Origin: Luminiphilus sp.
Lineage (GTDB): Bacteria; Pseudomonadota; Gammaproteobacteria; Pseudomonadales; Halieaceae
DNA: 64,000 nt
Direction of reading: 5' to 3'
Assembly: GCA_964217615.1 (NCBI GenBank)
Contig: CAXPKH010000068.1
Location: 319 to 64,318, forward strand
The notes below the pieces were generated by a model. That model saw nothing but the letters and a program-made list of their open reading frames with translations. It was not told the origin of the DNA and searched no databases. Numbering within the stretch: the first letter of the stretch is position 1; each line of letters begins with the position of its first letter. Below are positions 1-9,036 of this stretch, one piece after another. The position numbers were made by a program, and so were the translations under genes.

Positions 1-390
1 CGGGGTCCTTGGGGTCGAAATAGTGAGCCGGTGGCGCTCATCAGAGAGGCTTTGCACGCTGCGGGGCACAACACCCCCGTGATATCGACGGGTGGGATCT
101 ATAGTTTCCAGCAGGCAGAGTCGTTGCTTGTCGAAGGCAAAGCGGACGTGGTGGGGTTTGCTCGTCAGGCGCTGGCCGACCCAGACTGGTTCGAGAAGGT
201 GCGCCGTGGTCGGGGAGAAGAGGTTCTGCTCTGTCGCTACAGCAATTACTGCGAGGGCCTCGATCAAAAACACAAGCAGGTCACCTGCGAGCTGTGGGAC
301 CGCAAGGCCCTTGACGCGCACGACGCTGTGCTCGCTTCCGACGGCAAGCGTCGTCTGACTGCACCCCGATGGATTCCTAACAGCGCCTAG
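1..390 (+). CDS. NADH:flavin oxidoreductase (Old Yellow Enzyme family), C-terminal part; 5' end lies outside the window
   Basis: Frame is open from base 1 (RGPWGRNSEPV...). Contains GGI...AE..L..GKAD.VG.ARQALADPDW, typical of the OYE TIM-barrel C-terminus, followed by CxYxNxC. Confidence 0.8.
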   Translation, partial: RGPWGRNSEPVALIREALHAAGHNTPVISTGGIYSFQQAESLLVEGKADVVGFARQALADPDWFEKVRRGRGEEVLLCRYSNYCEGLDQKHKQVTCELWDRKALDAHDAVLASDGKRRLTAPRWIPNSA

Positions 391-616
391 CGCCGCGGCC
401 TCAGCCGATCTGAGTTGATCCCGGGGCGTGAGTAGGCGCCGTGTCGCGCGCTGCTTTTCCCCCAAATGGGTATGGTGCTGACATCGCGATTCATGCAGGA
501 TGCCATCGAGAGAGCCTTGCTGCCCCCGGTCTTTGTCTGCCTGCGGTGATAGACCCCTGGCGTTGTCTTAACTCCGTTAAATTAAATGTCTTAGTGAGCG
601 ATTGTGAGTGAACGTC

Positions 617-2077
617 ATGACGATTGAACTTTCGGATCCCAGTCTGTTGAAAACCAGCCCCTATATCGGGGGTCAGTGGATTGCTGACTCGTCGCAATGC
701 CTTTCCGTGATGAACCCTGCAACCGGGGAGCTGGTGGCGGAGGTTGGAACAACCGATCGGGCTGGCACAGAGCGAGCAATCCTAGCCGCAGAGGAAGCGA
801 TGGCAAGTTGGCGAGTGCTGCCAGCGAAGGCAAGAGCCCAGGTCCTGCGGCGGTGGTTCGATCTGATGATGGCGCACCAAGAAGATTTGGCGATTATCAT
901 GACCACTGAGCAAGGCAAGGCACTCGCCGAGAGTCGCGGGGAGGTCGCTTATGGTGCCGCTTTCATGGAGTGGTTCGGTGAGCAAGCCAAGCGTATTGAT
1001 GGCGATGTGATTCCCGCTCCCTCGTCCGATAAGCGTGTTGTGTGTATCAAGCAGCCGATTGGCGTCGTGGCGGCCATCACGCCGTGGAATTTCCCCAACG
1101 CGATGATTGCGCGTAAAGCGGCACCTGCGCTGGCCGCGGGGTGCGCCATTGTGATCAAGCCTGCCTCCGAGACGCCGCTCTCTGCGCTGGCCATGGCAGA
1201 ACTGGCTGAGAGAGCCGGCGTGCCCGCCGGCGTTCTAAATGTGGTTGTCGGTTCCTCAGGCGAGATCGGGCCAGCGCTAACCGATAGCCCTGTGGTCAGA
1301 AAACTGACTTTTACCGGCTCCACAGAGGTGGGTCGTCGACTTGAACAGGCCTGTGCAAGTACGCTGAAGCGCACTTCAATGGAACTGGGCGGCAACGCGC
1401 CCTTCATCGTCTTCGATGATGCCGATATTGATGCGGCGGTAGAGGGCGCGCTGATTTCAAAGTACCGAAACAGTGGGCAGACATGCGTCTGCACCAACCG
1501 GATTCTCGTCCAGGAAAGTATCCACGACGTGTTTGTCGAAAAACTGGTAGCTGCGACCGCCAAACTTAAAATGGGCAACGGCTTGGAAGAGGGGGTTCAA
1601 CAGGGCCCACTCGTTAATGTTAGCGCCGTCGAGGACGTGGATCGCTTGGTACAGTCGTCGATAGCGGCGGGCGCGCAGGTCGCATTAGGTGGCGGGCGGG
1701 CTGATCTGGGCCCCTGTTATTATCAACCTACGGTGCTCACCGGGGTCACGCCCGATATGCCCGTTTTCCGCAACGAGATCTTTGGGCCGGTTGCGCCCGT
1801 ATTGTCGTTTCAGGATGAGGCCGAGGCGATTAGCCTGGCGAATGACACGGAATTCGGCCTGGCATCTTACTTTTACACCCGTGATATCGGCCGTGTCTGG
1901 CGCGTTGCAGAGGCATTGGACTACGGCATGGTAGGCGTAAACGAGGGGATTATTTCAAATGAAATGGCGCCCTTTGGGGGTGTAAAGGCTTCGGGCTCAG
2001 GACGCGAGGGCTCCAAGTACGGGATCGATGACTATCTGGAGATCAAATACATTCTGATGGGTGGCCTCGATCGCTAG
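617..2077 (+). CDS. gabD: NAD(P)+-dependent succinate-semialdehyde dehydrogenase
   Basis: ALDH motifs ITPWNFP, FTGSTEVG, MELGGNAPF, NSGQTCVC, EIFGPV and PFGGVKASGSGREGSKYG, matching the GabD subtype. ATG at 617 chosen; GTG at 608 is an alternative. Confidence 0.88.
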   Translation: MTIELSDPSLLKTSPYIGGQWIADSSQCLSVMNPATGELVAEVGTTDRAGTERAILAAEEAMASWRVLPAKARAQVLRRWFDLMMAHQEDLAIIMTTEQGKALAESRGEVAYGAAFMEWFGEQAKRIDGDVIPAPSSDKRVVCIKQPIGVVAAITPWNFPNAMIARKAAPALAAGCAIVIKPASETPLSALAMAELAERAGVPAGVLNVVVGSSGEIGPALTDSPVVRKLTFTGSTEVGRRLEQACASTLKRTSMELGGNAPFIVFDDADIDAAVEGALISKYRNSGQTCVCTNRILVQESIHDVFVEKLVAATAKLKMGNGLEEGVQQGPLVNVSAVEDVDRLVQSSIAAGAQVALGGGRADLGPCYYQPTVLTGVTPDMPVFRNEIFGPVAPVLSFQDEAEAISLANDTEFGLASYFYTRDIGRVWRVAEALDYGMVGVNEGIISNEMAPFGGVKASGSGREGSKYGIDDYLEIKYILMGGLDR

Positions 2078-2150
2078 TCCGGATGAGGCTATGCCCAGTG
2101 CGAGGGCGTGATGCAAAATCCGCCACTCCAGTTTTTCATCAAGGACGGGT

Positions 2151-2630
2151 ATGACGATTGATACCAACGCGTTTCGGCAAGCGCTGGGGCGTTTTGCCAC
2201 GGGTGTCTGCCTGGTGACCGTCAGTGACGCCGAGCGCGGCCCACTTGCGACCACCGTGAACTCGTTTTCCTCGGTTTCCCTCGATCCGGCCTTGGTGCTC
2301 TGGAGTATTCAGACGAGCTCCGAGCATTTGCAGGTGTACACCGAGTGTCGACACTTTGGCATCAGCATTTTGCGCGAGGACCAAGCGGCTTTATCGGGAC
2401 ATTACGCGCAAGCCGGTGGGCACGAGGCGTTGCCCGAGCACTTCTCGGAAGGCCCTCAAGGGGAACCTCGGTTAAACGATGCGCTCGCACACTTCAGTTG
2501 CAGTACCTATGCAGTCTACCCGGGGGGCGACCATCAGATAATCGTCGGTGAGGTTGTGGCCTTTGAAGCTGCCCAAGCCACGCCATTGGTTTTCTTCTCG
2601 GGCGAATACCGCTCGTTGAGCGGACAATAA
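2151..2630 (+). CDS. Flavin reductase family protein (HpaC/DIM6-NTAB type)
   Basis: FRQALGRFATGV, TVNSFSSVSLDP, GGDHQIIVGEV, PLVFFSGEY. Confidence 0.9.
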   Translation: MTIDTNAFRQALGRFATGVCLVTVSDAERGPLATTVNSFSSVSLDPALVLWSIQTSSEHLQVYTECRHFGISILREDQAALSGHYAQAGGHEALPEHFSEGPQGEPRLNDALAHFSCSTYAVYPGGDHQIIVGEVVAFEAAQATPLVFFSGEYRSLSGQ

Positions 2631-2639
2631 GTCTGGGAG

Positions 2640-3251
2640 CTATGCCCCATTCATAAAGGTCTCGTGATCGATAATACCCAGCGCCCTGACATCGCGCAGG
2701 GCGTTGGCGTAGGCGATCAGCAGATCAATCACATAGTCGCTGCGTGCGGAGAATTTCGACTGTAGCGTTGCATCGTTAAGGCTCTCATCCTCGTTGCAAA
2801 TCAGCTTCACTTGTCTGGCGATGAGGTTCTCCGGTAGCCAGCACAGGCGATTATTTTTGTAGCTGCTCATTCGGAGTTCGGCAATGACGTAGGCGCCGCC
2901 CTCGCCGGCTGATACCGCGCAGGGGAGTGCCGGCTTGTGGGAGAGTTCGCTACCTGCGCCCCAGAGCAACAAAAAGTTTTTCAGCGCGGCGGGCACCATC
3001 CCGTGCCATTCAGGCGAGATCATGATCAGCGCGTCGCTACCATCGAGCTGCGTCTTTAGTGCGGGCAACTCAGACCACTGCTCGCCTTGACTCCACAGCG
3101 CTTCGTCCCACAAAGGGAGTGGGGTCTTGCCGAGATCCAGCGTCCAGGTGCTCACCCCATCCCGATGCTCAAGCGCCTTGGCCAAAAAGCGCCCGACCTT
3201 CGCACTTTGAGAATCCTGGCGATGGCTACCAACGATAATGCCGATATGCAT
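2640..3251 (-). CDS. NADPH-dependent FMN reductase (flavodoxin-like, SsuE/ArsH-related)
   Basis: N-terminal GSHRQDSQS phosphate loop and SPEWHGMVPAALKN motif. Confidence 0.85.
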   Translation of the reverse strand: MHIGIIVGSHRQDSQSAKVGRFLAKALEHRDGVSTWTLDLGKTPLPLWDEALWSQGEQWSELPALKTQLDGSDALIMISPEWHGMVPAALKNFLLLWGAGSELSHKPALPCAVSAGEGGAYVIAELRMSSYKNNRLCWLPENLIARQVKLICNEDESLNDATLQSKFSARSDYVIDLLIAYANALRDVRALGIIDHETFMNGA

Positions 3252-3262
3252 CCGAAAGCGGC

Positions 3263-3934
3263 TTAGCCTGAGAGCTGCTCGTTAAATAATTCCAGCGTCC
3301 GCGCCTTCGCTAATGCAGCGGCGGAGGCATCATACGAACCGCGCTGGTCGCAGTTAAAGCCGTGATCGGCGGCGTAAACGTGAACCGGCAGGTCGGGTTT
3401 TTTGCTCTGGAGTGCGGTGACTGAATCCATGGGGATATGCGCATCCAGTTCGCCGAAGTGGAGAATGATCGGGCATCCGGGGGTCAGATCGGCATTGTCC
3501 GGTATCCCGCCACCGTAATAGGCGGATGCCGCGGCAACTCCCTCGAGATTGCAGCTGGATAGCCAGGTGAGTAAACCGCCGAAGCAATATCCGACCACCC
3601 CGACCTTGCCGTGCTGTGCCGCGCAATCGATAGTCGCCTGCAAGTCCGCTAGCGTCTGGGCCATGTCGAGCTTCTGGAAGGCCAATTCAATCCCTGCGGT
3701 CATGTCGTCATCGGTATAACCCAGTTCGACATTGCGCTCGAGGCGGTCAAAGATGGCCGGAGCGATCGCATAAAAACCGTCTGCGGCGTAGCCGTCAACG
3801 ACTGAGCGGATGTGCGAGTTCACACCAAATATTTCTTGGATAACAACCACGGCGCCCTTCGCCGTGTCCGATGGGCTCGCCTCATAGGCGCCAAGCTCAA
3901 AACCGTCTGCGCAGGTGATCGTCGTAGCGGCCAT
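3263..3934 (-). CDS. Dienelactone hydrolase family protein
   Basis: QEIFGVN, GYCFGG (Cys nucleophile), ADHGFNCDQR. SD AAGGAG upstream. Confidence 0.92.
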   Translation of the reverse strand: MAATTITCADGFELGAYEASPSDTAKGAVVVIQEIFGVNSHIRSVVDGYAADGFYAIAPAIFDRLERNVELGYTDDDMTAGIELAFQKLDMAQTLADLQATIDCAAQHGKVGVVGYCFGGLLTWLSSCNLEGVAAASAYYGGGIPDNADLTPGCPIILHFGELDAHIPMDSVTALQSKKPDLPVHVYAADHGFNCDQRGSYDASAAALAKARTLELFNEQLSG

Positions 3935-4167
3935 AGTGGTCTCCTTGTGTAGGTCTCTATTTGCGGTGGGTCGCTATTGTGTACGCAGAGGGTCTGGATT
4001 GAAAACCCCGATTAACCGTGAGCTGCTACTGTCGCGTTGAAATCTCTCCGATATCGCTAGGGCTTCGTTTTCAAATTCATGAGCCGGAGATTAGACTCAT
4101 TCAGGCGTCTGGTCGTCGGGTGGCACATACCACAGTTGACCCAAACGCATGCTGAGCGATCGGGCCT

Positions 4168-5034
4168 ATGGAGGAGCGCATGGAACTATCACAAACCATG
4201 ATTTCGGTAGAGGCGCTGTTGCCGCTGGTCCAGCGGCGTGAAGTGAAAATGCTGGACGCCTCTTGGTATCTCCCCGCAGAAGCGCGCAACCCTTACGAGG
4301 AATTTTTGGCCGCTCGGATCCCCGGGTCGCGATTTTTCGATATTGAAGCGATCGCGGATCAAAGCCACGCATGCCCTCACATGTTGCCCAGTGTGGAGCA
4401 GTTCGCGCAGCAGATGGAAGCACTGGGGGTTGCAAGTGAGGATCAAGTGGTCATCTATGACGGCAAGGGATTGTTCTCGGCACCCCGTGCTTGGTGGATG
4501 TTTCGGGTCTTCGGCCATTCGCGGGTACGGATTTTATCGGGAGGCCTTCCTGCCTGGTTGTCAGCCGGTTTTGAGACAGAGTCCGGGGATGAATTTGCGA
4601 GCGTGGCCTCGGTGCGCTTCAGGGCCGAATACCAGAGAGAATGGGTTGCAGATAAGCAGCGCGTGCAGTCGGCTGTCGATATCGGGGACGCTTTGATCAT
4701 CGATGCCCGCTCGCCTGCTCGGTTTGCGGGAGAGGAGGAAGAGCCACGTCCGGGTGTTCGTCCCGGTCATATACCGGACTCACGGAACCTGCATTATGCG
4801 AGCGTGTTAGAGGCGGGGGGCCTAAACCTTAAAGCGCAGGCGGAATTGCAGACGCTGACAGCGGACATCGGTGTTGATCAGGCTGATGCCATTATTACGA
4901 CATGTGGGTCGGGGATCTCTGCCTGCCTACTGGCTCTGGCATTACACGAGATCGGCTATTCCCCGGTAGCGGTCTACGATGGATCGTGGGCAGAATGGGG
5001 AAGTGACCCTGGCTGTTCAGTGCAGAGAGGGTGA
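4168..5034 (+). CDS. sseA: 3-mercaptopyruvate sulfurtransferase (two-domain rhodanese)
   Basis: LDASWYLP, PHMLP, RAWWMF, DARS..RF.G, GHIP, active-site CGSGISA, YDGSWAEW. Start uncertain (4168 or 4180). Confidence 0.88.
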   Translation: MEERMELSQTMISVEALLPLVQRREVKMLDASWYLPAEARNPYEEFLAARIPGSRFFDIEAIADQSHACPHMLPSVEQFAQQMEALGVASEDQVVIYDGKGLFSAPRAWWMFRVFGHSRVRILSGGLPAWLSAGFETESGDEFASVASVRFRAEYQREWVADKQRVQSAVDIGDALIIDARSPARFAGEEEEPRPGVRPGHIPDSRNLHYASVLEAGGLNLKAQAELQTLTADIGVDQADAIITTCGSGISACLLALALHEIGYSPVAVYDGSWAEWGSDPGCSVQRG

Positions 5035-5087
5035 GAGAAACGCCCCAGTCTGGTATCTTCGCGCGCGGAATGGGGCGCTGAGGCGGC

Positions 5088-5831
5088 ATGAGCAAACGGT
5101 ATGTCATCGGAAACTGGAAGATGCATGGCAGTCACGCCATGGTTGACGCCTTTTCTCGCCAGCTCGACATCGCTTCAGCGACCGATGTGGTCGTGGCGGT
5201 CGCCCCACCTTTTCCCTATCTGGGCGCGTGCTTGGCATTACCCGGCGATTGTGCGCTCGCTGGGCAGGATTGCTCTGCGCACGACAGCGGCGCTCACACA
5301 GGCGAAGTGTCGGCACATATGCTCGCTGAGTGGGGATGCCAGTGGGTCATTGTGGGTCATTCCGAGCGTCGCACTGATCTTGCAGAATCTGATGAGTTAG
5401 TGGCCGCCAAATTGAACGCCGCCATTGCTGCCGGTTTGACGCCGGTTTTGTGTGTGGGCGAGAGTCAGGCGGAGAGGAGTGCTGGACGCGAAGAGTATGT
5501 TATTCGCGCTCAGTTGCAGGCGGCTTTGGGTGACCTCCAGCGGGCACCGCTATTGATTGCCTATGAACCCATTTGGGCGATCGGTACGGGAGTGACGGCC
5601 GCGCCCGAACAGGCGGATTCCATGCACGCCATTATTCGGCGTGAACTCGTCGACTTGCTGGGTGAAGGCGACTCTGTGCCGCTGCTCTATGGTGGTAGCG
5701 TGAACGCTGAGAACGCCGGGGCCTTGTTCGAATGTCCGCAAATAGACGGGGCGTTGGTGGGCGGAGCCTCGCTGGACGGCGTCTCTTTTTCGAAAATCGT
5801 TCAGGCCGCACAGGCCAGTCTGGGACAGTAA
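5088..5831 (+). CDS. tpiA: Triosephosphate isomerase
   Basis: GNWKM, GHSERR, AYEPIWAIGTG, YGGSVN and GGASL are all intact. Confidence 0.95.
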   Translation: MSKRYVIGNWKMHGSHAMVDAFSRQLDIASATDVVVAVAPPFPYLGACLALPGDCALAGQDCSAHDSGAHTGEVSAHMLAEWGCQWVIVGHSERRTDLAESDELVAAKLNAAIAAGLTPVLCVGESQAERSAGREEYVIRAQLQAALGDLQRAPLLIAYEPIWAIGTGVTAAPEQADSMHAIIRRELVDLLGEGDSVPLLYGGSVNAENAGALFECPQIDGALVGGASLDGVSFSKIVQAAQASLGQ

Positions 5832-5832
5832 T

Positions 5833-7362
5833 ATGCAGATAGATCCCAACACCCCGGTGTTGCTCGGGGTGGGACAGATTACCGAGCATCTTGATGACAA
5901 TTTTGTCGGCATGATGCCGGAAGATTTAGCCGCCAAAGCCTGTGGGCTTGCGCTGGATGACACCGGGGTGCGGGGCGAGATTGAGGAGATGGTGGATCGC
6001 CTCGCCTGCGTCAGACTCTTTGCACACTCCGTGCCCGAGCTGGCGGTGCCTATCATCGCGCCCTTTGGTCGCAGCACCAGCCCGCCTTTGTCGATCCTCA
6101 GGCGCCTGAAATTACCGAATGCCAGTGGGATTTACTCCCGTGCCGGCGGCGATGAGCCACAACGACTGGTGTTCGAGCTCGGCTCGGCGATTTTCCGCGG
6201 AGAAATTCGTGCGGCGGTCATCTGTGGTGCCGAGGCATTGGCGACCTCTCGTCATTTCCAGAGAGTCGGAACGACGCCTGATTGGCATGAATCACCTGAA
6301 GGCGAGGCGGATGACCGGGGGGCTGGCACAGAAACCTTGTTCGACCCGGAATTCAACCGTCATGGCGCCTTTGCGCCAGTGGATGTCTACCCGATTCAGG
6401 AACACGCGCGGCGGGCAGAATTGGGGCTCGATAAGAAAAGCTATCGCGAGCAGCTGGCCCGCCTCATGGGGCGCTTTAATACGGTTGCTGCAGCCAATCC
6501 CTTTGCCATGTTTCCAGTCCCGATGTCTATTGAGGAAATTAGTTCCGAAACCGCCAGTAATCGACTGATGGGTGACCCCCACCTCAAATCCATGGTGGCA
6601 AAGGACGGGGTCAATCAGTCGGCGGCACTGGTACTGACCAGTTTTTCGGTGGCCGAATCTTTGGGTGTTTCAGGCAAGGCAATTTACCTACACGGCCATG
6701 CAGCGGCTGCTGAGCCGGCGGTGCTAGCCAGACCATCCCTCGGGCGCTCGGATGCCATGGCCTTTGCCTATGATGCCGCACTGGCCGGTGCGGGGGTTTC
6801 TGCTGAGCAAATTGGTGCGACGGACCTATATTCCTGTTTTCCTATCGCCGTTTGGGCGGCGATGGAGGCGCTGGGTATGTCAGTGGATGATCCACGCCCG
6901 CTAACACTCACCGGCGGATTGCCCTTTTTTGGTGGCCCTGGCAACAATTATTCGACCCATGGCATTGTCGAAATGGTGCATTGGCTTCGCCGACAAAATC
7001 AGCCCAGTTACGGGGTGGTGGGGGCCAACGGCGGCTATCTGTCCAAGCACGCCGTTGGTGTTTATGGCAATGTAGGCGCCAAGTTCCCAGATCCGGTTCC
7101 CGAGCCCGCGGTCAGGGAGGCGGTTGAGGTGGTCGAACAGCCCGATGGAGACGGAGTGATCGAGAGCTACACCTTTAAAGCCAAGGGCGGCAAAGCGCGC
7201 GCTATTGTCGTAGGCAGGCAAGCGTCGGACCAGCGCCGTTGGGTGGCAGTGGCCGACCCCGAGGACAGTGATCTGCTCGCGTGGTTCCGGGACGACGATC
7301 CCCTCGGTGCGCGGGTTGAGGTGACGCCGGGTGAGCGGAATATCGTGCGAAGACCTCGGTGA
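5833..7362 (+). CDS. Thiolase-like protein (acetyl-CoA acetyltransferase family, TLP1-like with extra C-terminal domain)
   Basis: PVLLGVGQ, GGDEPQ, VNQSAALVL, DLYSCFP and LTLTGGLPFFGGPGNNY, plus a C-terminal extension of about 90 aa. Confidence 0.8.
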   Translation: MQIDPNTPVLLGVGQITEHLDDNFVGMMPEDLAAKACGLALDDTGVRGEIEEMVDRLACVRLFAHSVPELAVPIIAPFGRSTSPPLSILRRLKLPNASGIYSRAGGDEPQRLVFELGSAIFRGEIRAAVICGAEALATSRHFQRVGTTPDWHESPEGEADDRGAGTETLFDPEFNRHGAFAPVDVYPIQEHARRAELGLDKKSYREQLARLMGRFNTVAAANPFAMFPVPMSIEEISSETASNRLMGDPHLKSMVAKDGVNQSAALVLTSFSVAESLGVSGKAIYLHGHAAAAEPAVLARPSLGRSDAMAFAYDAALAGAGVSAEQIGATDLYSCFPIAVWAAMEALGMSVDDPRPLTLTGGLPFFGGPGNNYSTHGIVEMVHWLRRQNQPSYGVVGANGGYLSKHAVGVYGNVGAKFPDPVPEPAVREAVEVVEQPDGDGVIESYTFKAKGGKARAIVVGRQASDQRRWVAVADPEDSDLLAWFRDDDPLGARVEVTPGERNIVRRPR

Positions 7363-7402
7363 ATAGTTTTTTAAATTTTGGTTAATAAAGTGGAGTTTAA
7401 TA

Positions 7403-8176
7403 ATGGATATTAATGGAAAAGTTGCAGTTATCACCGGTGGTGCCTCGGGCATTGGCCAGGCGGTCGCGAGGCGATTGGCGGGCGCGGGTGGCAAAGTTGC
7501 CATTTTTGATCTGAACCAGGATGCAGGGGAGGCGATGGTCTCCGAATTGGGCGCCGATAGCTGTGTTTTTGCCAATGTTAATGTGGTGGATGAGGATTCG
7601 GTGAAGGCCGGCATTGAAGCCGCGGTTGCCGCGTTTGGCGCGATACACGTGAACGTGAACTGTGCGGGTATCGGTAACGCCGCTAAAACCCTGGGAAGGG
7701 ATGGCCCCTTTCCCTTGGACATGTGGAATCTGGTGATCGCGGTCAACCTGACCGGTAGCTTTAACGTGTTGCGGTTGTGCGCGGAGGTCATGGCAAAAAA
7801 TGAACCGGTGACAGATGACGGCGCGCGAGGCGTCATTATCAATACGGCTTCGGTAGCGGCCTATGAAGGGCAAATGGGGCAGGCGGCTTACAGCGCGAGT
7901 AAGGGCGGTATTGTGGGTATGACCTTGCCCATCGCGCGGGACCTTTCAACCATCGGCATCCGGGTCAACACGATCGTCCCCGGCCTCATCAACACGCCGC
8001 TGTTTAACGGCCTGACACCGGAGTTTGTTGAGTCTCTGTCGCAATCGGTGCTTTATCCGAAGCGCCTGGGCCGGCCTGAGGAAATTGCCCAGTTGGCGGC
8101 CGCGATTATTGATAATGATTACATCAATGGCGAGTGTATCCGCATGGACGGCGGGATACGGATGCAGCCACGTTAA
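7403..8176 (+). CDS. SDR 3-hydroxyacyl-CoA dehydrogenase type II (HSD17B10-like)
   Basis: TGGASGIG, VNCAGIG, NTASVAAYEGQMGQAAYSASKGG, RMDGGIRMQPR. Confidence 0.9.
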   Translation: MDINGKVAVITGGASGIGQAVARRLAGAGGKVAIFDLNQDAGEAMVSELGADSCVFANVNVVDEDSVKAGIEAAVAAFGAIHVNVNCAGIGNAAKTLGRDGPFPLDMWNLVIAVNLTGSFNVLRLCAEVMAKNEPVTDDGARGVIINTASVAAYEGQMGQAAYSASKGGIVGMTLPIARDLSTIGIRVNTIVPGLINTPLFNGLTPEFVESLSQSVLYPKRLGRPEEIAQLAAAIIDNDYINGECIRMDGGIRMQPR

Positions 8177-8185
8177 GGGAGCGTA

Positions 8186-8959
8186 ATGATGAGTGAAGAA
8201 GCGACAGTACTGACCGACGAGGCCGATGGTGTCCTCGTCATTACGATTAACCGACCGCAAGCCAAGAATGCGGTAAACCGGTCTGTGTCTGAGGGAATCG
8301 CTGCTGCGCTTGATCGCCTCGACAGCGACGACGCGCTGCGGGTGGGCATTTTGACCGGCGCGGGCGGCACTTTTTGCGCGGGCATGGACCTAAAGGCGTT
8401 TGTGTCGGGTGAGTTTCCGCAGATTGAGGGTCGCGGCTTTGGTGGTATGACGGAGCGGTCGGCTGACAAGCCCCTGATTGCCGCAGTGGAGGGGTACGCC
8501 CTAGCCGGGGGCTGTGAGCTCGCGATTGCCTGTGATCTCATCATCGCAGCCGAGAATGCGAAGTTCGGCATTCCCGAGGTGAAGCGCGGGTTGGTTGCGG
8601 CCGCAGGTGGCCTGGTGAGGTTGCCCTCGCAGATTCCCTATCGCGTTGCCATGGAACTGGCACTCACCGGGGAATTTATGGACGCTGATCGAGCGATGGC
8701 GATGGGCCTCATCAACCAATTGACTTCACCAGGGGAGGCCCTGAGCACTGCGCGCGATCTAGCGGCGCGTATTGCCGAGAACGGACCACTGGCCGTGAAG
8801 GTGAGTAAGGCGATTATCAAGGCGTCACGCGATTGGAGTGACGACGAGGCGTTTACCAAACAGCACGCGCTGACGCAGCCGGTATTTACCAGCGAGGACG
8901 CTATCGAGGGAGCAACGGCTTTCGCTGAAAAGCGTAAACCCGAGTGGAACGGGCGTTAG
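8186..8959 (+). CDS. Enoyl-CoA hydratase/crotonase family protein
   Basis: FCAGMDLK, KPLIAAVEGYALAGGCE, FGIPEVKRGL, EGATAFAEKRKP. Confidence 0.9.
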   Translation: MMSEEATVLTDEADGVLVITINRPQAKNAVNRSVSEGIAAALDRLDSDDALRVGILTGAGGTFCAGMDLKAFVSGEFPQIEGRGFGGMTERSADKPLIAAVEGYALAGGCELAIACDLIIAAENAKFGIPEVKRGLVAAAGGLVRLPSQIPYRVAMELALTGEFMDADRAMAMGLINQLTSPGEALSTARDLAARIAENGPLAVKVSKAIIKASRDWSDDEAFTKQHALTQPVFTSEDAIEGATAFAEKRKPEWNGR

Positions 8960-9036
8960 GGGGAAGCTATCGGATGGGACGGCCAGCTTAGCGTCAAGCA
9001 CAGGCGCTTGGCCTTTCTCATCGGGGGGGTGAAAAA

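Noticed and set aside
6901-7842. 313-aa antisense ORF across the thiolase-like and SDR genes
   Set aside because: Antisense to two well-supported genes; typical of GC-rich codon bias.
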